Both the position numbers and the translations under genes were made by a program. Under the pieces are notes generated by a model, which saw nothing but the letters and a program-made list of their open reading frames with translations, was not told the origin of the DNA and searched no databases. Positions 10,195-20,006 of a DNA stretch of 64,000 nucleotides are shown here, piece by piece (the stretch's first letter is position 1; each line of letters starts with the position of its first letter). The DNA is from an uncultured Desulfosarcina sp. (GTDB lineage Bacteria; Desulfobacterota; Desulfobacteria; Desulfobacterales; Desulfosarcinaceae), in contig CAXXWQ010000003.1 in assembly GCA_963674945.2 (NCBI GenBank), positions 1,280,001 to 1,344,000 of the forward strand, written 5' to 3'.

Positions 10195-10623
10195 ATGCAA
10201 GGCATGGACAATCCATCACTCAAACCTTCAAAGGAACAGATCATCTACGCCAACTTGTTGTCCATGGGGATGATCGCTGGTATCATTATCATGGTCGCCA
10301 CGTATATCGTATACCTGACGGGGCTCTTGCCGTCCCATGTCGATCTGGCTACGATTTGTGCCAACTGGGGCAAGGGTATCCATGAATATCTGGAAATCAC
10401 CCACTCTCCCACGGGATGGGGCTGGACCGCCCTGCTGGGCAAAGGGGATTTTCTCAACTATATCGGTTTCGTGCTGTTGGCTTTGATGACGATCTTTTGT
10501 TACATAGTTCTGGTCAGGGGATATTCTCGCAAGAAGGACTGGATCTACGCAGTCATCGCCGTATTGGAGATCATCGTCCTGACCGTGGCGGCCTCGGGTT
10601 TGCTGGGCAGCGGCGGCCATTAA
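10195..10623 (+). CDS. DUF1634-like membrane protein
   Basis: Three TM segments, small size, directly after TauE (the usual pairing). Confidence 0.75.
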   Translation: MQGMDNPSLKPSKEQIIYANLLSMGMIAGIIIMVATYIVYLTGLLPSHVDLATICANWGKGIHEYLEITHSPTGWGWTALLGKGDFLNYIGFVLLALMTIFCYIVLVRGYSRKKDWIYAVIAVLEIIVLTVAASGLLGSGGH

Positions 10624-10683
10624 AATGGCGTTCGGGGGAAAAAGCGAATTTATCACTTCATCACAAGTAAAAGGTAGGTAAAA

Positions 10684-11490
10684 ATGACAAAGAAACAGAT
10701 CAACATCCTGCTGGTGGATGACAACCCCAAATTTCTTGCCTCCGCCGCCGAACGTGCCAAATTGAAGGGGTTTACGGTCTTCACGGCCGAAAATGGCAAG
10801 ACCGCCCTTGAAATCGCCGAGGCCAATCCGATCCATATCGCCGTCGTAGATCAGCAGATGCCGGAGATGGAAGGCCTTGTCGTCATCACGAAACTCAAGG
10901 CCATGAAGCCGGACATCCGCACGGTCCTGTTGACCGGCCATGGTGATGACAAACTCAAGGAAGCGACCCAGGCGCTCAACTCCACCTATTTCGACAAGGA
11001 GGAGATGGGAAGCTTCTGGGATTTTCTTTCCAACCTTCCCCTTGGCAGCATCAACATCCTGCTGGTCGACGACAATGAGAAATTCGTCACGGCGCTGGCC
11101 GAGCGCATTCGACTGAAAGGGTATGACCCCTTGATTGCGTTAAACGGACGGGAGGCCCTGGAAATCGCCCGAAGCAACACGATACAGTTGGCCGTCGTGG
11201 ACCACGAGATGCCGGACATGGACGGATTGGTGGTCATCACCAAACTCAAAGAGATCGACCCCTCCTTGCGAACCTTGCTGCTCACGGGCCATGGCGACGA
11301 AAAACTCAGGGAAGCGACCCGGGCGCTCAATTCCCATTATTTCGAAAAAGAGGAGATGAACAAGTTCTGGAGTTTCATCCGCAGAAATCTCCAACGCTTA
11401 GAGAGACACATGGCTGCGGCGGGGATGGCCACAGGCGGGGATATCGAAGATGCGCTGGAGATTGAACGGCAGCATGATAAAAAACGCTGA
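10684..11490 (+). CDS. Tandem double receiver-domain protein
   Basis: Two near-duplicate REC domains (INILLVDDN...VVITKLK...LLTGHGD.KL.EAT.ALNS.YF.KEEM); no output domain. Confidence 0.9.
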   Translation: MTKKQINILLVDDNPKFLASAAERAKLKGFTVFTAENGKTALEIAEANPIHIAVVDQQMPEMEGLVVITKLKAMKPDIRTVLLTGHGDDKLKEATQALNSTYFDKEEMGSFWDFLSNLPLGSINILLVDDNEKFVTALAERIRLKGYDPLIALNGREALEIARSNTIQLAVVDHEMPDMDGLVVITKLKEIDPSLRTLLLTGHGDEKLREATRALNSHYFEKEEMNKFWSFIRRNLQRLERHMAAAGMATGGDIEDALEIERQHDKKR

Positions 11491-11956
11491 TCATGGTTTG
11501 GGGAAGTTTATCATAAACGTGTAATGCCTTATCGTCAGATACGCCGTGATTCGTTGTGTTCAAACCGGATGCCGTGCACCCGGAACCAACCCGAACGATG
11601 AAAGCACGAATGTGCTTTCGGATATCCGGCCGATGGCCGAATATCCGAGCCCCCCCCCCCCTTGCGGGTGGTCGTTGGCACAACTGAATATACGGCATGC
11701 TGATCGCGGGCATGGCCGAAATCCTCCTTATGGGAAATTGAAGTTTGGAAACGCCACCCATCCTTTATTTTATTTCGGTCATGCCCGCGAAAACCAACCG
11801 CGTCAGTTTTTGCGGAACCGATATACATACATTTGATTTCCGCTGTTGCGCATTGACCTCGTAACAAACGTATCATCGTTATAGAAATTTTTCAGGTCTG
11901 AGATTCGAGTACCGGGCAGCTAAGCGAATGCCTTTGACAAGAAAGAAACATTTCTC

Positions 11957-13408
11957 ATGACAAAAACGGCAAAACAGGTTCTTCTGGTCGACGACGAAGA
12001 AAAATTGCTCAAATCCATTGCACAACGAATGACCGTCTTGGGTTTTGTTCCCCATACCGCCACCAGTGGCATGGAAGCCCTTACGATCGCAACCCAGCAC
12101 GCCATCGACGTGGCGATCGTCGACCTGCAGATGCCGGACATGGACGGCCTGGTAACCATCACCAAACTCAAGGAGATCAAACCCGATTTAAAGACGATTC
12201 TGCTCACCGGTCATGGGAACGAAAAGGTCAAACAGGCGACCGAATCCCTCAACACCGTCTATTTTGAAAAGGAGGAAATGGGGACTTTCTGGCAGTTTGT
12301 CCGAGGTCTCAGTACCGATGGCAATGTGGTCGTCATTCGTCCGGCTTCATCGTCGGACAGTCAAAAAGGGCAGCGCGTTGGCGTGGTGCAAAGTGAAATC
12401 GAAATCCATTCCGGTCGCGACTTTTCAGAAACCCATATCCACAAGGATGCGATTCCTGCTTCTGTTCAAACCGCCGGACTCCGCAAGCAACCGAGAATCA
12501 TCGGTGAAACCCCCGCCATGCAACGATTGCGTAACAACCTCGAACGCATGGCGCTCCTGGACTGTCCCGTTACCCTTCGTGGCGAACCGGGCACCGGCAG
12601 GGAACTGGCCGCCAGGGTGATCCATGGTGCGAGTGGACGCGGCCATCTGCGGTTTTTGGCCATCAACTGCTCCGTCTTCAGCAACAAACAAACCGCCAAA
12701 CAGTTTCTCGGCCACGTTGCCGGCAGTCTCTACGAGGCCATCCTGTCCAGAAGCGGCATTTTTGGTGGTGATCCGGTGGGAACGTTGCTTTTGGATCAAA
12801 TCGAGGCGCTGCCCGACGGCTTGCAGGTTCAACTTCTCCACATCCTCGATGCTGCAAACACGAAACAATATGCCAACACCATGAACATCCGGATCATGGT
12901 TTCCACGGCAACGGATCTCATGCAACGGGTCCGGGCAAAATCCTTTCGAGGGGATCTGTACGATCGCCTTTCCATGTTCGAACTGGTGGTTCCCCCTTTG
13001 CGCGAGCGAAAGGATGACATTCCCACCTTGTGCCAGTATTTTTTCGATCATTTCCAAAAGGAATTCGGCAAGGCGGTAGACTCGGTTTCACCGGAGGTAA
13101 TCGACCTTTTGATCTCATACGACTTTCCCGGAAATGTTCGCGAACTGGAGTATATCATGGAGCGGGCCGTCACCATTGCCGATGGCAGCGTCATCGGCCG
13201 GGAGCATTTGCCCCCACGTTTTCAAAAGGAAACGAAGTCCCAACCATCTTCGGATCCCATGCAGTTTGAGCCTCTGGCACAGATGGAAAACCGGTATATC
13301 CTCAAAGTGCTGGACGCCACCAACGGAAACAAATCCAAGACGGCTGAAATTTTAGGGATCAGTCGCGCGGCCTTGTGGCGAAAACTGAAGCAGATGAACG
13401 CAGAGTAA
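11957..13408 (+). CDS. NtrC-like response regulator (REC, AAA+, Fis-type HTH) with degenerate sigma54 activation motifs
   Basis: REC, GEPGTGRE, FRGDLYDRL, PPLRER, FPGNVREL, HTH GNKSKTAEILGISRAALWRKLK; GAFTGA absent. Confidence 0.9.
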   Translation: MTKTAKQVLLVDDEEKLLKSIAQRMTVLGFVPHTATSGMEALTIATQHAIDVAIVDLQMPDMDGLVTITKLKEIKPDLKTILLTGHGNEKVKQATESLNTVYFEKEEMGTFWQFVRGLSTDGNVVVIRPASSSDSQKGQRVGVVQSEIEIHSGRDFSETHIHKDAIPASVQTAGLRKQPRIIGETPAMQRLRNNLERMALLDCPVTLRGEPGTGRELAARVIHGASGRGHLRFLAINCSVFSNKQTAKQFLGHVAGSLYEAILSRSGIFGGDPVGTLLLDQIEALPDGLQVQLLHILDAANTKQYANTMNIRIMVSTATDLMQRVRAKSFRGDLYDRLSMFELVVPPLRERKDDIPTLCQYFFDHFQKEFGKAVDSVSPEVIDLLISYDFPGNVRELEYIMERAVTIADGSVIGREHLPPRFQKETKSQPSSDPMQFEPLAQMENRYILKVLDATNGNKSKTAEILGISRAALWRKLKQMNAE

Positions 13409-13819
13409 GAAGCCATCCCCAACGACGTTGCCTGGCCGGCACGACGCCCCCCGGACAACATCTTTTCACAAATCCAAAAACAATTTTGTTGCGGCGCCAT
13501 GTAAAGCGTTGATGATTTCGCTGCGCTGGCATACCCGACCGATAATGCCTCGATAAACGACTGGAACCGGGTATTTCCCTGACCGGATGATCGTCCGTCG
13601 TAAATCATTGGAGACTCACCCCAAAGGACCATCTCCCTTCATTCTACTATCTGAAAGTCAGTATTTGAAAGCATCCTGCTTTTTTTATTTGAGACTTGCC
13701 GCACCTCCATTGTTGACAACCCAGTTGTCGGCAAGGTATCCAAGGCTCGTTTGTCCGACCGTCAAGCCGATTGTTGGTTTGCATTTGCACTGCGATAGAA
13801 ACTTCAGGAGGATCGTTAC

Positions 13820-14833
13820 ATGAAAAAGTACACGCTCGTGTTCGCGATGGTTTTGTCTGTTTTGGGTGTCGGTACCGTTTTCCCCCATTCGACTTTGGCC
13901 GATACAGTCAGACTGACGTACAGCAATTTCTTTCCGCCTACCCATATTCAAAGCCAGTTGGCGGAAAGTTGGTGCCAGGAGGTGGAAAAGCGCACCGATG
14001 GCCGCGTCAAAGTACAATATTTTGCCGGCCAGACCCTGACAAAAGCCAAACAGACCTATGACGGCGTCGTGGATGGTATCGCCGATATCGGTTTTTCGGC
14101 CTTTGCCTATACCCGTGGACGCTTCCCCGTGATGGGAGCCGTCGATCTGCCCATGGGCTATCCGGACGGGGTTACCGCAACGGCGGTGGCCAATACGGTA
14201 TTCGAACGGTTTACCCCAAAGGAACTTGCCGATACGCAAATGATGTACATTCATGCCCATGGTCCCGGCCTGATTCACACCCGTGAAAAGGCCGTGCGCA
14301 AGCTGGAGGATTTGAAGGGGCTGAAGATCCGCTCCACCGGCATCAGTGCGCAGATGGTCAAGGCGCTGGGGGGAACACCGGTCCCCATGCCCATGCCCGA
14401 ATCGTATCAGAGCCTGCAAAAGGGCGTGGTCGACGGATGCGCAAATCCCATCGAAACCAACAAGGGCTGGAAGCTGGGAGAGGTGGTCGACTATGTGAGT
14501 CTGGCCTATCCGGTTGCATACACCACTTCGTTTTTTATCGTCATGAACAAGGACAAGTGGAACGCCATCGATGAAAAGGACCAAAAGGTGATCGAGGCCA
14601 TCAATAAACAGTGGGCAGTCAAGCACGGCCAAGCGTGGGACAGTAGCGATAAAGAGGGATTGGACTTTTTTCTCGCCCAAGGCAATAAAACCATCGAAAT
14701 CGATGCCGACGAGGCGGCCCGATGGGAGGCGGCCGTGGCACCCATGATCGAGGAATATACCGCCGATCTGGACGAGAAGGGCCTGGACGGCAAGGGTGTA
14801 ATCGCGACGATACGTGAAACGCTGAAAAAATAG
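13820..14833 (+). CDS. dctP: TRAP transporter substrate-binding protein
   Basis: Signal peptide, DLKGLKIRS, PMPESYQSLQKGVVDG; AGGAGG RBS. Confidence 0.93.
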   Translation: MKKYTLVFAMVLSVLGVGTVFPHSTLADTVRLTYSNFFPPTHIQSQLAESWCQEVEKRTDGRVKVQYFAGQTLTKAKQTYDGVVDGIADIGFSAFAYTRGRFPVMGAVDLPMGYPDGVTATAVANTVFERFTPKELADTQMMYIHAHGPGLIHTREKAVRKLEDLKGLKIRSTGISAQMVKALGGTPVPMPMPESYQSLQKGVVDGCANPIETNKGWKLGEVVDYVSLAYPVAYTTSFFIVMNKDKWNAIDEKDQKVIEAINKQWAVKHGQAWDSSDKEGLDFFLAQGNKTIEIDADEAARWEAAVAPMIEEYTADLDEKGLDGKGVIATIRETLKK

Positions 14834-14910
14834 CGCAACGGAAGAAGAGACGGCAACGGTCCGAAAAAATGTAAGGCCCGATGCCGTATTTTTCGGCCAG
14901 GAACTTTCTG

Positions 14911-15396
14911 ATGGCCAGCATATCGAAATTTATCCAATATTTGTCCAATAAATTGAAACAGGGTGGTGCCGTCTGCCTGACGGGAATGAGCCTGCTCACC
15001 TGTGCCGATGTCGTCGGACGCTTTTTTAAACATCCCATCTTCGGATCGGTGGAGCTGGTCACTTTCTTGGGGGTGCTGGCGGCGGCCATGGCCCTGCCGT
15101 TCACCCACGAGACCCGAGGTCACATCGGTGTGGAGTTCTTCGTGGTCCGGATGTCGGGAAAGCGGCGGCAGATCATCGATGTCTGCACCGGCATCATCAG
15201 CTTCGCCCTGTTCGTCGTGGTGGCCTGGCGAATGGTCCTGTACGGGATCAGCCTGAAGCAATCGGGCGAGGTCTCCATGAATCTGGAACTTCCTGAATAT
15301 CTGATCATCTTTGCCGTGGCCGGCTGTTTTCTGGTGCTCTCCGCCGTAATCGCCAAGGGTGTTGTCGAAGGGTTGAGGCGGCTGAGAAACAAATGA
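14911..15396 (+). CDS. dctQ: TRAP transporter small permease
   Basis: Four TM segments, DVVGRFFKHPIFGSVEL, GHIGVE; start uncertain (14881 or 14911). Confidence 0.9.
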   Translation: MASISKFIQYLSNKLKQGGAVCLTGMSLLTCADVVGRFFKHPIFGSVELVTFLGVLAAAMALPFTHETRGHIGVEFFVVRMSGKRRQIIDVCTGIISFALFVVVAWRMVLYGISLKQSGEVSMNLELPEYLIIFAVAGCFLVLSAVIAKGVVEGLRRLRNK

Positions 15397-16706
15397 GTCC
15401 TACAATCATTGGTGTTGTCGGTATTGTGGTGATGGTGCTGGTCTTTTTGACAAGCATGCCGGTCTCTTACGTCATGGCACTGGTCGGGTTCGCCGGATTC
15501 AGCATCGTGGTTTCGGTCCAGGGGGCGCTCAACCTGCTGGCCAAGGACTTCTATTCGGTCTTTTCCTCCTACGGATTGACCACGGTTCCCCTCTTCATCC
15601 TCATGGGACAGCTGGCCTTCAACAGCGGCATCAGCCGTCGTCTCTACAATACGGCCTACGCTTTTCTGGGCGGCACCCGAGGAGGCCTGGCCATTGCCAC
15701 GGTATCGGCCTGTACCGCCTTCGGTTCTGTCTGCGGGTCCAGTCCGGCCACCGCGGCCACCATGGCCACTGTTGGGTTGCCGGAAATGAAACGCTTCGGA
15801 TATGCCGACGAGTTGGCTGCCGGCGCGGTCGCCTCGGGCGGTGGCCTGGGCATGATCATGCCACCCAGCGTCGTATTGATCGTTTACGGCGTGTTGACCG
15901 AACAGTCCATCGGAAAACTGTTCGTGGCCGGTATCGTACCGGCCATATTGATCACGGTTCTCTTTAGCATCGCCATTTTGATCTGGTGTACCATCGCCCC
16001 CGACCAAGGCCCCCGGGGAGAATCTTTTTCGTGGACGACACGGCTCAAATCGATAAAAGACCTGGGCGAAACCGCCGCGGTGTTTGCCCTCGTGATGGGT
16101 GGACTGTTTTTCGGCTGGTTTACCCCCACCGAGGCTGCAGCGGTGGGCGTGTTGGGTGTCGTTGTGGTTTCGACGGCGCGCCGGCAGTTGAGCTGGCAAC
16201 GTTTTGTGGACGCTCTCGGCGATACGCTCAAAACATCGTGCATGGTGATGATGCTCATTGCCGGTGCCGTGGTGTTTGGCAAATTCATGGCCGTGACACG
16301 CATCCCCTTCAATATCGCCGACTGGATCCAGCAGCTCAACCTCCCCCCTCTCATGATTCTCTTTTTGGTGGTAATGGTCTATTTCTTAGGCGGCTGCTTC
16401 ATGGATTCGTTGGCACTGGTGATGCTCACCGTTCCAATCTTCTTCCCGCTCATCACTCAATTGGGCTATGACCCCATCTGGTTCGGCATCGTCATCGTCA
16501 TGGTAACCGAGATGGGGGTGATCACGCCGCCCGTGGGCATCAATGTCTATGTGGTGTACGGAGTGGCCATGGGTATGAAGGACGCCATTGCACTGGAGTC
16601 CATTTTCAAGGGCATCCTGCCTTTCATGCTGGCAATATTATTGGGGATCGCCATCATCGCGTTCTTTCCCCATCTGGTTCTCTTTCTGCCTGACCTGATG
16701 TATTGA
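15393..16706 (+). CDS. dctM: TRAP transporter large permease
   Basis: VPLFILMG, LGMIMPPS, GVITPPVGINVYV; translationally coupled to dctQ. Confidence 0.94.
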   Translation: MSPTIIGVVGIVVMVLVFLTSMPVSYVMALVGFAGFSIVVSVQGALNLLAKDFYSVFSSYGLTTVPLFILMGQLAFNSGISRRLYNTAYAFLGGTRGGLAIATVSACTAFGSVCGSSPATAATMATVGLPEMKRFGYADELAAGAVASGGGLGMIMPPSVVLIVYGVLTEQSIGKLFVAGIVPAILITVLFSIAILIWCTIAPDQGPRGESFSWTTRLKSIKDLGETAAVFALVMGGLFFGWFTPTEAAAVGVLGVVVVSTARRQLSWQRFVDALGDTLKTSCMVMMLIAGAVVFGKFMAVTRIPFNIADWIQQLNLPPLMILFLVVMVYFLGGCFMDSLALVMLTVPIFFPLITQLGYDPIWFGIVIVMVTEMGVITPPVGINVYVVYGVAMGMKDAIALESIFKGILPFMLAILLGIAIIAFFPHLVLFLPDLMY

Positions 16707-16944
16707 GTTTCCCGATTATAAATGTCATAAAAAGAACGACAAGCGGCACCCCACCTATCTTCTCACAACAAAGCAAATCAAAATAAAATTTCGCTTGATG
16801 AGTTCTCATTGATATGATATGGGTCATATCTCTTATATTGATATTGGTGTTTTCAATATCGGCTCTGGCCAGGATTGAAATATCAAATATCATTTTCAGC
16901 ACAGAATATATAGCTCCTTCAGCGCATTGACGGCAATCTGTTTC

Positions 16945-17013
16945 TAAGTTCTCTCGATCTGCTGTTAAGTTCTCTCGATCTGTTGTTAAGCTCTTGCGGA
17001 CCGTTGATAAGCT
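16945..17013 (+). promoter_or_regulatory. 21-bp direct repeat array upstream of the decaheme cytochrome gene (candidate regulator binding sites)
   Basis: TAAGTTCTCTCGATCTGCTGT / TAAGTTCTCTCGATCTGTTGT / TAAGCTCTTGCGGACCGTTGA / TAAGCT. The repeat is seen directly; the regulatory role is inference. Confidence 0.55.
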
Positions 17014-17116
17014 ATGACTTCTCTAAAAAAGAAAACTGCATCAATTTATACCTCTTTTTTTCATTCAATCCTTTATATCTTAGATAATTTTCATTCAAAT
17101 CCAAGGAGTGTTTGTT

Positions 17117-18034
17117 ATGGACAGCAGAAATAGTTGTCTATTTTGCAGACCCATTATCCTGATGGCCGGGATCTGGGCGATGTTGTGCCTTCCCGGGCCG
17201 ATAATGGCTTCTGATGGATATATCGGGGCTGAGACCTGCCTTAGGTGCCACGACACGATGGTGGATAGATTCACCCATACTCTTCATGGAAGGGTCTTTT
17301 GCCAAAACACTCCTTATTACGAAAACCGGTGCGAATGTTGCCATGGACCGGGAAAGGCGCATAAAGAAAATCCAAGCAGCGAGGCCATTGTCACCTTTGG
17401 CAAACGCGCCCTTTCAACTGTCAAGGAGAGAAACGGCCGCTGCCTGGACTGCCACGAAACCGGCAGGGAAATCGCCATGTGGCAGGGCGGCCGGCATGCC
17501 AAACAGGACCTCGCCTGCGACAGTTGCCACAGCGCTCACAAGGGATATGACCCGGTGGACCGATCCCCCGAGGCCTGCTACAAATGCCACCTCAATATCA
17601 AAATCGATGCCCAGAAGCAGTCCCGCCATCCCATCCGGGAGGGAAAGGTAAGATGCGGCAACTGCCACAATCCCCACGGCAGCTTGAGCGACCACATGCT
17701 CTCGGCAGACCATGCCAACGATCTGTGCTTCAAATGCCACGCGGAAAAGCGGGGCCCCTTCATGTTCGAACACGCCCCCGTTGAAGAGAACTGCGGGACC
17801 TGTCATACCCCGCACGGCAGTCGGCATAAAAAGCTTTTAATCCAACGGGCTCCGAGCCTCTGCCAGAACTGTCACATGGACGTCCATACCAGCACCAGGG
17901 CCTGGGACCAGACCGCAGGTTTCAAAGGAACCCGGCCCTCCAGCCATTATTATGGCAGAAGCTGCATCACCTGCCATCCCAATGTCCACGGTAGCCAGGC
18001 CCCCACCACCAGCGGCAGGCTGTTCATGAATTAA
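17117..18034 (+). CDS. mtrA: Periplasmic decaheme cytochrome c, MtrA/DmsE/PioA family
   Basis: Ten CxxCH motifs (CLRCH, CECCH, CLDCH, CDSCH, CYKCH, CGNCH, CFKCH, CGTCH, CQNCH, CITCH), family motifs EKRGPF.FEHAPV and VHGS, signal peptide. AAGGAG RBS favours ATG 17117. Confidence 0.93.
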   Translation: MDSRNSCLFCRPIILMAGIWAMLCLPGPIMASDGYIGAETCLRCHDTMVDRFTHTLHGRVFCQNTPYYENRCECCHGPGKAHKENPSSEAIVTFGKRALSTVKERNGRCLDCHETGREIAMWQGGRHAKQDLACDSCHSAHKGYDPVDRSPEACYKCHLNIKIDAQKQSRHPIREGKVRCGNCHNPHGSLSDHMLSADHANDLCFKCHAEKRGPFMFEHAPVEENCGTCHTPHGSRHKKLLIQRAPSLCQNCHMDVHTSTRAWDQTAGFKGTRPSSHYYGRSCITCHPNVHGSQAPTTSGRLFMN

Positions 18035-18067
18035 CCCGGGACATTTACGACGCAAGGGGAGAGTATA

Positions 18068-19954
18068 ATGAGACATTTTAGTATGGTTTTTTTGATTCTG
18101 GCCATCTGCTGCTTTGCCTTCCAGTCTGGAGCAGATGAGGGGGAAATCATGTACTCGTGGCAGGTTGAACTGGGTCTGCGGACTGTTGATCAAAACGGTG
18201 ATGAGACAAAGTTCGAGGAATACCGAGATATGGGAGACGGTCTTTGCGGCAGTGCCCGTGTTCAGGCCGACAAGGAGAATCTTTACTATAAACTGGATGC
18301 CGACCGCATCGGACGGGAGGACCAGCAGTATGAATTCATGGGCGGAAAGTATGGGAAGTTCAAAATTCAAATGTTCTACGACGAGATCCCCCACGCCTAT
18401 GCCCGCGATGCCAAGAGCTATTTCAACGGTGTCGGGTCTGCCGCCCTCGTTGATTCAGGAAACCATGCGGACCCCACGCCCTGGCAGGGATTTGACTATG
18501 ACAAGCAGCAAAAAAACGCCGGGTTCAAGGGGGAGTATAATTTTGATACGCCCTACTACCTGGAATTCGGTGCCAACCGGAAGGATTCCGAGGGAATCTA
18601 TCCCCTGGGCGGACCGGCAGGGACCGAACTTCCGGCGCCTGTGGACTGGAATGAACAGAACTGGTTTTTCGGTGGTGGATACCAAAGCAGGACCATAGTG
18701 GCCTCCCTCAGGGCAGATATCAGCTATTTCGACAATAAAAATGAGTGGATGACATGGGACTCACAAACCACCTCCCTTGCCCCGGATTCGGAGTTCTATA
18801 AGTATTCGGGGAAATTTATCTACAGAAATCCCTTTCTTTCATCCCAGTACAGCGTAAGGGCAAGCCATTCAAGGAAAGAGAATTCCTTTGATTTGACACG
18901 TTTTTATTCCAGCACTCTCGGCACCTTTCGCGGGGAAGTGGTCAATACACGGGTGGATGCATCCTGGGACTTTGTGCCGATATCTTACATGGACATGAAG
19001 CTTTTTGCCGGGTACGCGGATACGGACGATGAGTCAGACATGCTGACTGTCAGCACAGTGGCCACAGTTCCCTATGACCATGAAAAAAGGCGTGCTGGAT
19101 TTGATACCACCCTCCGCTTGCCTTCGGCAAATTTCTTGGATATCGGCTACCGATATGTCGATGCATGCCGCTCCTACAGGACAGACAACGACGAAACCTT
19201 AGATAACCTGACCTTTTTCCAGTACCGTAACCGCTCCTTTGACCGGTTTTCATTCAAGGCCAGATATGAGTACTTGAACCGGGAAGGGGATTACAACGGT
19301 ACCGAAGTCGGGACCCGGCGCTATGATGTGGCCAACCAGGTTAAAAACGAGCTGGCCATGGAAGCAGAATACTTCTTTACGGATCAGCTCTTCGGAGCGA
19401 TTGAATATGCCTGGTGGAACCGGGACTACGGGGATACCATCTACGGTCTGAATGGAACCGAACACCACGAGGCTTATGTTTCGTCAGGGTTCAGCGTTTC
19501 GGATTCACTCTCCGCCACCGTCTACATTGGCTATGAGTATGATGAGAACGAAATGGCTACGAATCAAAACTGGTCCCAGGCGGAAGAGTTCGATACAATC
19601 GCCTACGGGGCGGCCTTGGAATTCCCCGTCATGGACGACCGACTCGAATTCATCCTGTCCTGGGACCATTCCAAAGTGGACGGGAGTGCCGACTTCAAAC
19701 CTTCCACTAACAATTATCTCAACCTGATGTATGTAGATGATTGCACCATTCAGCGCCTTGAGGCCAAGAGCATTTACAACCTGAATAGTGACTGGGACAT
19801 TACGATGGGTTACCTGTTTGAGAAGTTTGACCTCCACGATGGCCAGTACGACGGATATGCCTACCTGCCTCCTGGTGCTACCCTGACCGGTGCCTATGCA
19901 GAGCAGGACTACGATGCCCACGTGGTTTACCTGAGCGCTGTATTCCGGTTTTAG
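18068..19954 (+). CDS. mtrB: Outer-membrane beta-barrel of the MtrB/PioB/DmsF family
   Basis: Signal peptide, KFEEYRD motif, YDEIPH, aromatic-rich alternating strands, C-terminal Phe (SAVFRF); directly follows the decaheme gene. Confidence 0.88.
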   Translation: MRHFSMVFLILAICCFAFQSGADEGEIMYSWQVELGLRTVDQNGDETKFEEYRDMGDGLCGSARVQADKENLYYKLDADRIGREDQQYEFMGGKYGKFKIQMFYDEIPHAYARDAKSYFNGVGSAALVDSGNHADPTPWQGFDYDKQQKNAGFKGEYNFDTPYYLEFGANRKDSEGIYPLGGPAGTELPAPVDWNEQNWFFGGGYQSRTIVASLRADISYFDNKNEWMTWDSQTTSLAPDSEFYKYSGKFIYRNPFLSSQYSVRASHSRKENSFDLTRFYSSTLGTFRGEVVNTRVDASWDFVPISYMDMKLFAGYADTDDESDMLTVSTVATVPYDHEKRRAGFDTTLRLPSANFLDIGYRYVDACRSYRTDNDETLDNLTFFQYRNRSFDRFSFKARYEYLNREGDYNGTEVGTRRYDVANQVKNELAMEAEYFFTDQLFGAIEYAWWNRDYGDTIYGLNGTEHHEAYVSSGFSVSDSLSATVYIGYEYDENEMATNQNWSQAEEFDTIAYGAALEFPVMDDRLEFILSWDHSKVDGSADFKPSTNNYLNLMYVDDCTIQRLEAKSIYNLNSDWDITMGYLFEKFDLHDGQYDGYAYLPPGATLTGAYAEQDYDAHVVYLSAVFRF

Positions 19955-20006
19955 GCCGTACTTCTTTATATAGTAATAAAAATAAATACCAGAAAGAGGG
20001 TAACGA

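Noticed and set aside
10710..10717. E. coli Chi octamer GCTGGTGG occurrences, given recBCD
   Set aside because: The few copies fall in common Leu-Val codon contexts; enrichment cannot be judged from this window and Chi is lineage-specific.
16945..17013. Direct repeats as a mini CRISPR array
   Set aside because: Units are contiguous 21-mers with no spacers, and no cas genes are present in the window.
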